From Eledone cirrhosa (Eukaryota), in assembly GCA_964016885.1 (NCBI GenBank), contig OZ024747.1:14508001-14572000 (forward strand): 64,000 nucleotides of DNA, written 5' to 3'. The notes below the pieces were generated by a model. It was given only the letters and a program-made list of their open reading frames with translations, was not told the origin of the DNA and made no database searches. The position numbers were made by a program, and so were the translations under genes. Positions 28,043 to 44,090 of this stretch are shown here, in pieces. Numbering within the stretch: the first letter of the stretch is position 1; every line of letters starts with the position of its first letter.

Positions 28043-28230
28043 GGCGGTGGATTGGCAGTATCGGTAGAGGGTCGGACGCCATGCTTTCCAGCATAGTTAC
28101 GTCCCTTTACGATCTGAGTTCAAATCCCGCTGAGGTTGATTTTGCCTTTCATCCTTACGGGGTCGATAAAATAAAGTACCAGTAATGCACTGGATAATTG
28201 CTGGCCTTGTGCCTAAAGTAGAAACAATTA
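28043..28230 (+). mobile_element. Full-length Nin/Deu SINE in (TA)n
   Basis: Consensus match. Confidence 0.9.
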
Positions 28231-28808
28231 TATATATATATAAGAAAATACCTATATACGTGTATACATTTTACACCCTTTTTTTTTTTTAATATCCAAT
28301 TGAGTTAAAATTATTGAAAGAATTAATTGACTGGCGTGCATATTATTTTATTCTTTTATGTTTTGCGATGACCTCCCCTTTCCGCTTGATGGCAGTGTGA
28401 GATTTCTTATTGTGAGACTGCTGGAATTTCAAATTTGGCGGTCATTCTAGCACGGAGGGGTTCCATCGGAGGGGTACCATATCGGTAAGGTTTTTTTTAT
28501 ATCGATATTTGTCGGGCATCCACTGATGATTTATAAGTGCCCACCTATATATATTCCTACGGACTATGTGTAAGCTTCTACATAACGTGGACATTATTTG
28601 TAGAAAACTTATAATGAAACGATCGTTTGGAAAGAGAGATGTATTTTAATTATGTCTCATATAAAATAATACAACTGGCTATCCGCAAAATACGTATAGT
28701 TAGCATCCCAAACGTATAATTGGGATTATACTAAGGTATATCCTAATGTTTGTTGAGTGAGACGGAAGCCGGTCGGAGTATTGCTTAAACGTTTCTCTGT
28801 TAATGTAT

Positions 28809-28845
<37 letters not shown>

Positions 28846-28934
28846 TGTTCTATCTGTCAATGTAGAGTTATCCATTTAAGAATATTTACTACTGTAGCTA
28901 TCGTTGGACAAGAACGGCATTAACAACTGGTAGC

Positions 28935-29120
28935 GGAGGCGTAGACATGCGCCATTCCAAAGAAATTCACCCACAACAACCTCAGTCTTGTATGATAAAT
29001 CATAGAGAGAGCGGCTAAAGAACCTGGTGCGACTGGAGCCCTGATAAACTTAGATTGATCGAAAACTTTCGATAGTCTCTACCTGGCCGGTTAAGTTGCT
29101 TGTGGTCTGGTTTGGTACAG
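28935..29120 (+). pseudogene. L1/Tx1-like reverse transcriptase relic
   Basis: Manual translation A*TCAIPKKFTHNNLSLV**IIERAAKEPGATGALINLD*SKTFDS resembles the QTC-IPGR-I-DN...LDQ-KAFD motif. Confidence 0.7.
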
Positions 29121-29194
29121 AACTCCAGATGGAGAAAAACTGGCACGTGTTAAGGAGTGGGGTTGCAACTCGCAATCAGAAATGGGACGAGTTA

Positions 29195-29563
29195 TGGCCC
29201 TTTATGTTCTGAGTTCAAATCCCGCCGGTTATTTCTTTGTCTTTCATCCTTATGTAGACGATAAAATAAAAGCAATAGTAATACACTGGGGTTGATTTAA
29301 TCGGCTTTCCCCTTCATCAAAATTGCTGGCCTTGTACCTATAGTAGAAATTATTACTATTATTATATAATAGGGCAGTGAATTAGCAGTATCGATAGAGG
29401 GTCTGACGCCATGCTTTGCAGCAAAGAATTACGGCTCTTTATGGTCTGAGTTCAAATCCCGCCGAGATTAACTTTGCCTTTCATCCTTACGGGGTCGATA
29501 AAATAAAGTACCAGTAATACACTGGGCTGATTGCTAGCCTTGTGCCAAAAGTAGAAACAATTA
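29195..29563 (+). mobile_element. Two Nin/Deu SINE copies
   Basis: Partial long variant at 29195-29352 and full copy at 29372-29563. Confidence 0.85.
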
Positions 29564-30040
29564 TTTAGTGGTCCGGTAACAAGGAGTTACTGAAACTTAC
29601 ATCTTTAAATCGAAACAGAAACTTTGTTTTCGGAAGCTCGTGTATTGAACAAGAAACAAATTAAAATATATAAAGAGACATTTTTCCTTCACAAGAGATA
29701 TACCACTAGGAAATGAAATAATAACTATTTTATAATTGTCCGACATAATTCTTTAAGTAAAATGCTAAAAACTCTAAGAAATCAAGTTTATTGAAATCTT
29801 TGAAAGCAATCACAGGAAATCAGCCAAAGTTTAATCAAAGGAAATTATTTTGCTCTGGCAAAACAAAACTAAATTATATTTATGTATGTGTATGTATGTA
29901 TCTCACTTCCTCTCTACCTACACACAAACACAAACACTTATATATGTGTGTATGCATATATATATATATATGTATGTGTATATATATATATATATATGTA
30001 TGTATATATATATACATACATACACACACACACACATATA

Positions 30041-30085
<45 letters not shown>

Positions 30086-30099
30086 CACCTCTATTCTTT

Positions 30100-30145
<46 letters not shown>

Positions 30146-31600
30146 CACACACAAATAACTCGGGCACAAAAAAACAAATCAAGGAACCAAATTTAATATA
30201 TGCTATAAAATCTTTCATAGTCGATTGAGAGAAGATATTTTTGTTCAAGTTAGCTTTTATGGAGAGTCGCCAACAATATAATTTGGCGTGCCAAATTATT
30301 GTAATTAATAACAGATTAATGTCTTCTTTATATGTTTTGCAGTTACAAAAACAACAATAATTATTTTTGTAAAACATATATAAGAAATATTGTGATATAT
30401 TTACATAATGTTATTTGTCATAAATAGAATGGATGTGTTATCAATTTATTTACATCAAATTTCTCTTTCTTCTTTTCATTTTCACACAAACGCTACAGAC
30501 ACATGCACTAAGATTTATACTTTTAGGAAGAAATATAGACGAACGTATGTACGTACGCAGTAAGTGCTGCCATTTTACACACATAATTAAAAACAACAAG
30601 CTCATAAATAGCGCCAAGTTTAACAAAAAACATCTTGCAATTAGTAAGATTTTGATGCAAATTTTCATTTCAGAGTAATGAAAACTGTATTTTCCCTAAC
30701 CTTCGTTATTAAAATATTAATCACTGCATGAGGACGGGATACGTTAATAAAAACACGATTATTGTTATTGGAGGTAATTAAAGTATGAAATTTCCGAAAT
30801 TTGTTAATAATTATTCGTAGTACGAAATTTTAAAGAGAAGCCGAACATTTATTTATAGAAGTGGATTGGATAGAGTTATGTTGGGAATTGTTAATTTTTA
30901 AATGGAATTCGGAAAATACATGTAAATAATTCCTTTCTGTTTCTTTAAAAACGAAGAGGTATAAAGAGAAAGAATTATTTACGAAGGATACTGAGGAAAT
31001 ATGAGGAAGGTCCAAATAAATAAGATAAATGTGGTAATAATACTGTAAAAGCTTGGTTTTTCTAGATTATATGAAATGTACTTCTAACGCGTGCATTCCC
31101 AGCCTTTTTCATACGGAACATAAAAAGTTAATACATCACAGATGATCAGATTAATTTTCATACATTTCGTGACAAAATAATTAAAATAATCATTATATAT
31201 GTTAAAACAAAACGTATATTTCAAATTTTACAGTAAAATTATGATGGAATAGAACATGGAATCACGATGATAGATAGCTTCATAATTATCCACACATCAG
31301 TAAAACATTTCAGAGCTTCTGCGAGGCATCTTAGAATAGGATGTTGTATAGCAAGAAATGTAATAGTAATGAAGCTTAGTAATATTATATATTTATCAGA
31401 TAATATATTAATTACTATAGTATGTTGATTATAGAAAGAATAACAATATACAAATAGATTATTATCTACATAAGTATATACATAATGCGAGAATATACTC
31501 ATAAACATAAACATACTTGGTAACACATATATGCACACATACACCCATATATATGTATATATACATATGTGGCTCCATATTAATATTATTATTATATATA

Positions 31601-31639
<39 letters not shown>

Positions 31640-31641
<2 letters not shown>

Positions 31642-31813
31642 CGAAGGAAGTGTGGTAAGGAACCAGGTAGTAACGCACCAGAGTATTCGATACTATAGAT
31701 AGTAGAGTGGGTAATAGGAAGAGAGTCAGGACCCCGACGGCTGAGCTCCGGCCGTTCTGGACTAGCTGTCGAAACCGCCAGAGATCAGCCGCCGGGGTCC
31801 TGACTCTTTTCAT
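31640..31813 (-). mobile_element. Family B fold-back element in (TA)n
   Basis: Homologous to the other family B copies; imperfect inverted arms GAGTCAGGACCCCG / CGGGGTCCTGACTC. Confidence 0.8.
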
Positions 31814-32227
<414 letters not shown>

Positions 32228-32264
32228 TCAAAACCTGCTCACTGTTTAAAAACATACTTACTTG

Positions 32265-32296
<32 letters not shown>

Positions 32297-32562
32297 ATAT
32301 ATTAATATGGAGTACAATTAGTAGCATATTGTATTAAAACTCATATTTTTCTTAGTACAGCATAGTGTAATAACCAAAATCTGAGCTGGCTAAATAGAAT
32401 TTAATACGAACATTTGATGTGACCAGGGTGAAGTCGAAGGTTGTCTACTTTATTTCCCATCTGTGTAAACGTAAGTATGAAACTATTATAATCCTCAGTC
32501 AACGAGTGAAATGAATCGAGTCAAATACTTGTATAAAGATTTCTCTAATATATTGTATGTCA

Positions 32563-32780
32563 AGCGAAGGCGTGTGGCTTCGTGGTAAGAGAATTGGATT
32601 CACCATCGTGAGGTTGTGAGTTCGACTTCTGGATCGGGCAATGCGTTATGTAATTAGACAAGACACTTTATTTCACTTTGCTCCTTCTACCCGGAGTTGC
32701 GACCGATAGAAAGTATTAGCAATTGGGAAGACCAACGGAAACATAGTTTCCTCGGTGCGATTCGACGAAAGTCGAAGGTT
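32563..32780 (+). mobile_element. Second SINE family copy
   Basis: Colinear with 15860-16070. Confidence 0.8.
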
Positions 32781-33228
32781 CCTTTTATTGCATATTATTT
32801 AGCTCTGCAAAGTCCCATGCTGCATATCGCTCTATCTTTGAACAGTGTTAGTGATATAATAGATTTTCCTTTTATTCTAGATGTTGCTACGCACTCGCTT
32901 AAGAATTCTCCATTTATGGAGGAAGTGAACATGTGAGAGATTCAAGTTGACATCTATTCCACTAGCAATTCGTGTACCGGTACTAAAATGAGTGAAGGTT
33001 ACGTCGGCAAGACTTGAACTCAAGCCAAACAGAGCTGTAACACATACTCTATGGAATTCTAACGACTACTCCAAAGATTGCTAATTATAAGGACATAATA
33101 TAGCATATCTCGTATAGGAAAAATAGTAAGTATTAGTTATAGTACGGTATAATATAGTATTAATTATAGTACGGTATAATAGTAAGTATTAGTTATAGTA
33201 CGGTATAATAGTACGATATAATATAATA

Positions 33229-33421
33229 TAATTGTTTCTACTTTTGTGTCAAGGCCAGCAATTATCCCAGTACATTACTGGTACTTTATTTTATCGACCC
33301 CGTAAGGATGAAAGGTAAAGTTAACCTCGGCGAGATTTAAACTCAGACCGTAAAGGGGCATAACTCTATGCTGAAAAGCATGGCGTCCGACTCTCTATCG
33401 ATACTATCAATTCACCGCCCT
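33229..33421 (-). mobile_element. Nin/Deu SINE
   Basis: Consensus match, preceded by short tandem repeats (TAGTACGGTATAA) at 33120-33225. Confidence 0.88.
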
Positions 33422-33455
33422 TACGGTATAATATAATGTAACTTTAATTATGTAT

Positions 33456-33564
<109 letters not shown>

Positions 33565-33756
33565 GCGATGGAAAAGTGGCAAGGATCCAGGCGGACCATA
33601 ACGCACCAAAGTACTCAATACTTAGGGTAGTAGAGTGGGTAATAGGAATAAGTAAGACCCCGACGGCTGAGCTCAAGCCGTTTCGACGGCTAATTCTGAC
33701 AGAATTAGCCGTCGAAACGGCTTGAGCTCAGCCGTCGGGGTCTTACTTACTCCTAT
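33565..33756 (-). mobile_element. Family B fold-back element with 115-bp palindrome
   Basis: 33642-33756 is a palindrome with one arm mismatch, centred on CTAATTCTGACAGAATTAG. Confidence 0.85.
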
Positions 33757-33793
33757 ATATATATATATATTTATTTATTAAAATAACAGATTA

Positions 33794-33846
33794 AAGTTTA
33801 AGCAAAGAATCGCTGCTTTCACCCTTAACTGGATCTTCTGAAACTT
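33794..33846 (-). ncRNA. Hammerhead-like fold with U4>A core variant
   Basis: Minus strand: AAGTTT-CAGAAGA-t-CC agttaag GG-t-GAAA-GCA gcgattctt TGC-TT^AAACTT. A truncated homologue lies at 42491-42536. Confidence 0.5.
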
Positions 33847-33857
33847 ATTATTATTAT

Positions 33858-33951
<94 letters not shown>

Positions 33952-34606
33952 TATATGTACAAATTAAAGTTTAAGTGTGTGTGTGTATGTTTGAATTTGT
34001 GCGAGAGAGAGAGTGTGTGTGTGTGTGCGTGTCTGTGTGTCTGTGTTTGACTGTGTGTGCGCGCATCGCTAATAAGTGAAACTGTCGAAACTGTTTCGAT
34101 TCCTTGTTGAAGAGCATCCACTTCATTTAAGCCGCTAATGCGTTTGACAAAGACCTGTAGTAAATCACATAAATCTTATCATCCTATTGTGTCGCAACAA
34201 TTGATAATAGAGAAGAAAAAAAACGAAAAACGAAACGAAACGAAACGAAAATCTAAAGAACGAAACAAGTATATCTATTTATATATTATCACCTTGTCTC
34301 TCTCTCTCCACAGATTTGTAAATAGGAGAAAACTTAATGAATAATTAACTTACAATAAGAGACATTTCACATTAAACACTCCACTTGTTTTCTAGTAAAC
34401 GATAATTTATTTCTTGTTATTTTTTAAATTATATTTCTTTGTTATTTTTTTTAAACGAAAATCAACAACAACAATAAAAATATATATGTTTTGAAGCGAA
34501 CCGCTGTAAATAATATATCTATATTTGAAATAAAGAAACCTATGTAATTGAAACAAATAAAGTAAAGAGTTATGGATTTCTATTCTTCCATATATAAAAC
34601 ACTTAG

Positions 34607-34656
<50 letters not shown>

Positions 34657-34666
34657 TATATTTGTA

Positions 34667-34741
<75 letters not shown>

Positions 34742-34804
34742 TATATAATATATATATATTTGTATATATATATATATAATATATATATATAATATATATA
34801 TATT

Positions 34805-34897
<93 letters not shown>

Positions 34898-34907
34898 TAT
34901 ATTTGTA

Positions 34908-34958
<51 letters not shown>

Positions 34959-34968
34959 TATATTTGTA

Positions 34969-35047
<79 letters not shown>

Positions 35048-35256
35048 GTATATGTGTATGTGTAAGTGAGTCTGTGTGTGTGTATGTGTATGTATGTATA
35101 CTGGGAAGGTAGAGAACACATCTGAACACTTAGAAGGAACAATGACATGTCAAGTGTTTCTAATATAAACACCATTAAATAATAATACTAATAACAATAA
35201 TAGTAAAAAAGAAAATGGAGTTATAAATATGCTATGACAATAACCTGTATAAATCC

Positions 35257-35310
<54 letters not shown>

Positions 35311-35346
35311 ATGTATATATATAGAGAGCGATAAATAAATAGATAG

Positions 35347-35410
<64 letters not shown>

Positions 35411-35640
35411 ATCTGAGTGTGTCTGTGTGTGTCTGTGTGTTCCATAAGAATTCATTGAAAATCTGTTACTTATTCCTACTTCCCAATGTCAAGAGATCAG
35501 TAAATGTAATATATGAATAACAATATACAAATACATTATTATCTACATAAGTATATAATAAGTATATAGATAATGGGAGAATATACACATAAACATAAAC
35601 ATACTTGGTTCACACAGACATATGCACACATACACCCATA

Positions 35641-35745
<105 letters not shown>

Positions 35746-35752
35746 CTCTATT

Positions 35753-35783
<31 letters not shown>

Positions 35784-37446
35784 ATGTGTAAGTATTATCT
35801 ATTTGTATGATACAGTAAGTCAAAGAAAATAAAACTGTTCTCAATTTACAAAATTTGGTATGCACACCTTAAGAGAATATCCAAACTCTCTAACTGCATT
35901 TTTGTTGTTTTATTGTTATTGTTGTTGTTACTGTAGTTATTGTCATTGTTACTTGTTATTGTATATATCTACTATAATTTTGTTATGATCTTTGTTTCCT
36001 ATTCTTTAAAATCATCTATTTTAGTGACAACATATTTAAGTGATTCCATCTAGAGTTTGAAAACTCGTATATCTGAAGTCTTTCATAGAACGCTGAGCAG
36101 TTGTTTTTCGAAAGGTAGCAATATCTGAATGAATGCGTTACTGAGCCACTGTCTGAGTGCTTGTTTGTAGGTCTCATCGTGTGATTGTGTGTATATGTAT
36201 AGATGTGGGCGTAAGTGGATGTCGATAAATAGAAAGTGGCACTTGAGACTTTAGGGTAGGTGTACTTCAAAGTTTTCAATTTAGAGACTCATTTAGAGAA
36301 ACATGGACAAACATGAATCGTGCGTTATTTTGTCCGGCGTTCTAATGACACTGCTACTCCACCGCCATTAACGATATTTCTAAGAATATTTTCCAACATG
36401 GGCCTACGGTGAGCAGTTTTGGGAAAAAGACAATATTGATTAAATCGATTCCAATACATCATTGATCTCTAGTTTATCGACTGCGGGACGAGGAAACGCT
36501 AGTTTATCCTTGGTTGCAATTAAATTCAGAACCTAAATAGCTGTAACTGAATACCACCCTGCAAATACATCACCCTTTACAATATTCATTCAAATTCAAT
36601 TTAATCCAGGGCCTTCTAACTCCTGTTGGAGGAACCCCTCTCCGGTTGATCTCCACCAACTCTTGGTTTGCGTCATATTAGGTGTGTAGCCATACACACC
36701 ACGCTTCAGCAAATGCGGGTTGGTGAGGCTATACATCCCATAGTTGGGTTAGATAGCCGTTGACTGAGAAGTTCATCTATGCTTTTAACAGCTCTTGTTT
36801 TTTTATTGTGCTGCTGGTGTTTCACATACTCTCCTCACAAGTTTGGTTGGGGGAGCCTGTTTAGTCGCTAAGCACTAGACAGGGAAGCAGGTTGTACTAA
36901 TAAAAACAACGATTTCTCAGTTAGGCACAAGGCCAGAAATTTTGGAACAGGCGACAGTTAATCAAATATGCTCTGGCTCTTTACTGCCTCTTACTTTATC
37001 GATTCCAGAAAGATGTAAGGAGAACTTCAAATTGGTAGGATTTGAACTCGGGAGCTAAATCACCGTAACAAAACACCCTAGACATTTTGTTCGACGTTCT
37101 AAGGATTTGGTCAATTCCACCGCCCTTAATATCATTGATGTCTAATTTAAGCACACCAACTCAGAACCTATATCAAATCACAAGCCCAGTGAAGAGCCAG
37201 AATATATGTCACAATGGCATTTTATCCGATGGTTTACCAATATTACCAACGCACCAAAATTACTGCTCTTAAACGTATTACTATTACTAAGGGTTTCTAA
37301 TTCAGTTATAAGGCCAAACATTAGCGAGGTGGGATGGGTCGATTATATCGACCTCAGAAGGGTGAAAATTAAAGTTAATCTCAGCCGGAATTGAACTGAG
37401 AATGTGAAGATCTGGTAGAAATACGGCAAACATCTTATCCATAGAA

Positions 37447-37990
37447 TAATTGTTTCTACTCTTGGCACAAGGCCAGTATTTATCCCAGTGCATTACTGGT
37501 ACTTTATTTTATCGACCCCGTAAAGATGAAAGGCAAAGTTAACCTCGGCGGGATTTGAACTCAGACCGCAAAGGACCGTATCCATAGAATAATTGTTTCT
37601 ACTTTAGGGACAAGGCCAGTAATTACCCAGTGCATTACTGGTACTTTATTTTATCGACCCCGTAAGGATGAAAGGCAAAGTCAACCTCGGCGGGATTTGA
37701 ACTCAGATCGTAAAGGGACGTAACTATGCTGGAAAGCATGGCGTCCAACCCTCTACCGATACTGCCAATCCACTAATGGTTCTACTAATCTACCACCCAA
37801 GTATTACTAATAATAATTGTTTCTACTTTTTTTGGCACAATGCCAGCAAATACCCAGTGCATTACTGGTACTTTATTTTATCGACCCCGTAAGGATGAAA
37901 AGTAAAGTTGACCTCGGCAGGTTTTGAAGTCAGAATGTAAAGAATCAGAAAACAACTGCAATGGCATATTATCCAATGTTTTACCAGTTT
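37447..37990 (-). mobile_element. Cluster of three Nin/Deu SINE copies
   Basis: Consensus matches. TATCCATAGAATAATT is duplicated around the first copy (TSD). Confidence 0.88.
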
Positions 37991-39439
37991 GGACAATTGA
38001 CCATCCAAATTATTTCTACTAATAATAAATATTTCTACCATTAGGGTACAGGAAAGTCAATTATATCGACCCAGTACTTGACAGGTACTATATTCCATCG
38101 ACTGCGGAAGAATGATTTATAAAGTTTACCTCAGTGAGATTTGAACAGAAAACGTAGAAAGTCGTACGTAAATACTTTAAAACATTTTGTCGGATACTCT
38201 ACTGATACTGCATATCTAACACCCTGTTACTATTAATAAGAATAATGATGGAAATAATAATCAGTCTAATTATTTAAAAAACAAGAAACGGCCAACATAG
38301 AAGATAGTAACATATTAATAGAATTTCGAATTTTATGTTTGCATTTTATTATCTTTAAGAATGTTTTCTAAATTGTAAACGGATAAAAAAGGGGGAAAAA
38401 AGCGGCAAATCTGGAAAAATATTTAAAAGTTTATTTTCTTCTTTCATAATTTTTTCGGCATTTCAGTATTTGAAATGCAAAATTTTTAGATATATTTTCT
38501 TTGTCTTTGATTTTGGTTTTATTTTACCAAATTGTGATATTTGTTAGTTATAATTATTATTGTCGTTCTTCTTGTCATTGTTGTTGTTATTGTTGTAGCT
38601 ATTAATTCGTTTGTCTAAATTTCCCTTGCTTTTCTTGTAGTTTTTCGAAATTTTATTTCTATTATAACTACACATGTTCTCGATAGAAACAGCGAATTAT
38701 TATAATTCATCGTTTTAACGAATTTGGATTCAAATATAAACACAATGTAAAAATGCGAGATCCACTTCTCCCTCTACTTCTTCTCTAATAATAGTAATAA
38801 TGATAAAGATACTACAACAATAACAGTTGCAGCAGTAGTAATAGCAGTATCAGCAGCAAACAACAAAGTTTATTGATTATAAACATTAGTCGTCTTTGAC
38901 TCATCCTTAATTAAATTATTCTGCCTAACAATAGCTTCAATTTTCTCCTTGTTTTATTAATTATGCCATTTATCAGGTCCTATCTTTGTGAAGTATTCAC
39001 TTCGGATAGTTTAATTTCCTGATAATTATTATCTCCTTCCAGGTTTTAAAATTTCACTTCTCTCTTTTCCTCTTGCTTCTTTTTCCCTAACCTATTCTTT
39101 CTTCCAGTCTCTCTTTCTCTCTATCATTTACTTTCACTTTTATACTTGAATGTAAATCAAATGTTTTATTTTATTTTTGTCTTTATAATGATTCTATTTC
39201 TATATTTTACTAGAAATTATGATTCAATTTATTGATTTCACTAGCCTTTAAATACTTTTTTCCTGTTTTGAGATCGATACCGTTTTTAGCATTTTCTCTT
39301 CTTTATATGTTGTATTAATTCTTTTATATAATTTGCTCTTTTCTATAGAGTAAACCTTCTCGCCTTTGGCTTATTTATTTTATTTTCATCTCTAGTAATT
39401 TTCTTCAAAAATAAGTTTCTTCCTCCGACTCATACGGTC

Positions 39440-39519
<80 letters not shown>

Positions 39520-39526
39520 TATACAT

Positions 39527-39564
<38 letters not shown>

Positions 39565-39581
39565 TATATATATACATACAT

Positions 39582-39619
<38 letters not shown>

Positions 39620-39620
39620 T

Positions 39621-39731
<111 letters not shown>

Positions 39732-39746
39732 ATATATATATATATT

Positions 39747-39808
<62 letters not shown>

Positions 39809-40955
39809 AATATATATATATATATAAATGTATATATACACTCGTTATTCCGCAATAATATTTCTTCGATTACACATTTAGACATTCTGATATTTTGTAG
39901 ATGTTTTCAACTGAAACTTCATATGTTAAAGCATTTACAAAGAAAAAAAAAATCCCTTGTAATTATGAAAAGAAAAACAAAACCAAAAAAAAAACTTTTG
40001 ATATGTTTATTTTTGGTTAAGGGAAAACAATGTGTCGGTAGAATTAAATGTTATCTTGTGATATCAATTTCTTTCCTACTTGAGAGGAAAGGGAAATCTT
40101 CGAAAAGGGAAAATGTAACATTGACAGAATCCATTCGTTTACGCTACAGAAGGTCCTCAAAATGCTTTGGACAATATGGTGTATCAAGTTTCTAATTTGC
40201 TGCTAATATTGCACAGTGATCTCCTACAATATGCGTTTCGGTCTCTAATGAACCGCACCACGTAGCTGGGAATAGGTAGTATGGGGTACGATATTTTATT
40301 GAACATATATAATTTAATTATTATTCATGCCGACCGCCTGCATTCTATAAATCTCTTCGAATAGCCCTTAGACGAAACCTTGAAATAACAGCGGCAACCT
40401 TCCATATGGAGGCGATGGCGGTGGGAGTTCGGCTCTCCATGTAAATACCAATGGAAACATTGTTTCACATGACCATATTACCTCGCAAGGACATTACAAT
40501 ATTTGATTGGTTGCTGTTATAACTAATATAGTTATGTATATATGTGTGTACCTTCCAAATGGGAGCGCTATTTAGGTGTAACTATAGGAACAGAATTTAT
40601 TCTAGGCATTTAACAATTTAACATGGGCTTAAATTAACACCTTCACTAAAAATTTGTAATTTATAATTCGTTCTGTCTTTGCAATAAAATAAATCTTACA
40701 TGATAGAAAAACAACAATAAATACATTTGAAGAACCGCTACACACACAGTATACAACGCCGAGCATGAATTTGTGAATATGGTTTCAAGATGTTTCATAT
40801 GTCTGAATATACAATATTAAGCTATGTACTGAGAATAAAGTTTGTAAGTGGATTATGTAGAAAATAATATAAAAAATATCTTTCATTATACTCTCCTATT
40901 GAATTGAATCTCTTTACTTACACATGCATATAAATACATACAAAACATACATTCA

Positions 40956-41135
<180 letters not shown>

Positions 41136-41506
41136 GTATACATTTATATATATATATGAATACATATATACATATGTATGAATATATATGTATATTTGTA
41201 TGAATGTATGCATGCATGTATGTATGTAAATATTATATATCTACACATAGAATATATCTACACAAAGAATGGTAGAACAGAGGCAGAGTAAAATGGAAGA
41301 AAACTAGGAATTATCACGAATGTATGATACTTTTGTTTAGATAGCAATTGTTGCCATCTCTGAATATCTGCAGGGCATATGGATAAATTGTATATTTCAT
41401 CCAGTACGAAATTGCAAGAAAATAAAGAAAACAGAGAGAAAAAGATTTAAGTAACATAATAGTTTACATATATTTTGTGAATTACTAAATGAAAAAAAAA
41501 AATGTT

Positions 41507-41666
<160 letters not shown>

Positions 41667-41699
41667 ATTTATCTATCTAACTATATATATGTATGTATG

Positions 41700-41793
<94 letters not shown>

Positions 41794-42584
41794 CATATAT
41801 ATAGTTAGATAGATAAATAAAATTGAAAAGTAAAACAGCTTGTACCCTTCGGGGGAAAAAACTTGAATACTCTTTCTGATTTTATTATTTAAATGTGTGA
41901 AGAGTTATCGAAAAATATATTCTGTGGTATGTCTCCCATTTTTCATATTGTGTTCCGCGAAACACTAGAGATTGTTGCTGCTGTTTGGCAGTAAAGCGAG
42001 AGTATCTAACCCTTGGTAAAAGAACTTTATTCATTGCTGCTATTTCTTTAGATATATTCACGCAAATAATTAATTAGCTCCTAGCGAAACAGATAACAAA
42101 CAATGGCGTATAAAGTTTTTATGTATATACTTACATTATTTTTTAGGGGCGTAGATGTGTGGGGGCATATTCATTTGTGTTGTAAACGAAAAACTTTCAA
42201 ACAAATGTCGGCAATGATAAATAAGGTGATTTTTTTTATAAGAAGAGAAAATAATTTTCAAATATGTTATTAAGCTTCATGAATACTAGTTTTGTGATGC
42301 ACATCTTCATATTCCTTTTAAAAAATAGCAAATGTAGTGCTCATGACGATTATGTTAAGTTAAATAATTTTCGAAATAAAACCAGTTAAACTTACAAGAT
42401 TGGGAAATGTGTGTATGTAAGTGCGTATGTATGATTGTATATATGTATATATATTTAGTGCGTATGTATGATTGTATATATATATATATATTTATTAAAA
42501 TAACAGATTAAAGTTTAAGCAAAGAATCGCTGCTTTATCCTTATCGAGCCCTCTTTGGATTTTAGTATTCAAATTTATTATTAT

Positions 42585-42714
<130 letters not shown>

Positions 42715-42789
42715 GTGTGAGTGTATGTAACTGTGTACTGAAGCTATAAATATCATGATTTTCCCGCAACTGGTGCAGCCAGTCGTTGG

Positions 42790-43250
42790 GGGCTTGGCAT
42801 TCTACATGCTTTTGCGGTCAGTTGTTGCCCTTGGCGTCTATTCTCCGTCATGTGTAGAAGGCTCCCGTTGTTGCGATCAATTAAGTCTTGATGCTGTCAG
42901 ACCAGGATTTTCTTTCTTTGCTTCTCTCGCTCGACTGTGTCCTCAAGGATTGTTTTGGACAAAGAGTTCAGGCAGGTTATATGACCGTACCAGGCATGTT
43001 TCGGTGTTTTCACTATCGCAAGAATTGGTTCCTATCTGCCGGCATATCTGTTACCTTGCTGTCTGACAAAGCTCTTTGCTTTTGTTCTCCGTGTATACGA
43101 TGTGTAGCATCCTTCTGAAGCACTTGAGCCTAAATAACTTGATTCTTCGTTCCATGTCAGTAGTGAGAATCCAACTCTCACACTCATACGAAAGGATCTA
43201 AGTCACCAAGGACTTTTACAGTTTGAGCTTCGTTAGAAAACTGGAATACT
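42790..43250 (-). pseudogene. RTE-clade LINE 3' coding relic
   Basis: Manual translation: KLKL*KSLVT*ILSYECESWILTTDMERRIKLFRLKCFRRML...AWYGHITCLNSLSKTILEDTVE...RKSWSDSIK, matching the RTE YGCESW, WFGH and RKSW motifs. Confidence 0.75.
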
Positions 43251-43820
43251 ATCATGAATGAGTTTACTACATTTGTATTGCCCAGTTTCATCATTATGAA
43301 ATTTCATTGCATTATGTGTATGCATATGAAGTTTGATGGATCGCCAGCATCGCCAGAGCGTCGGACAATATGCAGCCCTACATTCTGACTTTAAATACCA
43401 CCGAAGTCAAACTTTCTATTCTTTTCTTCGGGTTCAATAAAATAAAAGACAGTCAAATAGAAAGGTTGATTTATTAACTTTTCCCTTTTTCTCATATTGG
43501 AAATCCTTGCATATCTGATAACAAACTAACTATGCACCTGTGGTCAACACTCTATAGGGTTAAGGAGGTAGATTAGTGGAATTGCTAGTCTCAAATATAC
43601 ATCTGTCCATGGCATCTGTTTATTAAGACAGAGCCTATCTTAGTTTCACTGGCGTTATGGGACATAATATAGAACACACCAGCGTGAGCGTCACACCAAA
43701 TACGTCTTAACATTAAAGCATAATTGCTGGTGATGATATAGATTTTCAACTGGGTGGATTAAAACAACGTGAAATGCAGTGTCATGGAATTGAACCTTCG
43801 ACCTAACGATCATGAAGACT

Positions 43821-43867
<47 letters not shown>

Positions 43868-43920
43868 TATGTATATATATATAAGCACACAAATGGTGGT
43901 GTGTATATATATATATTTAT

Positions 43921-43951
<31 letters not shown>

Positions 43952-43992
43952 CTGTATATACACATATATACATACACACACACATACACACA

Positions 43993-44090
<98 letters not shown>

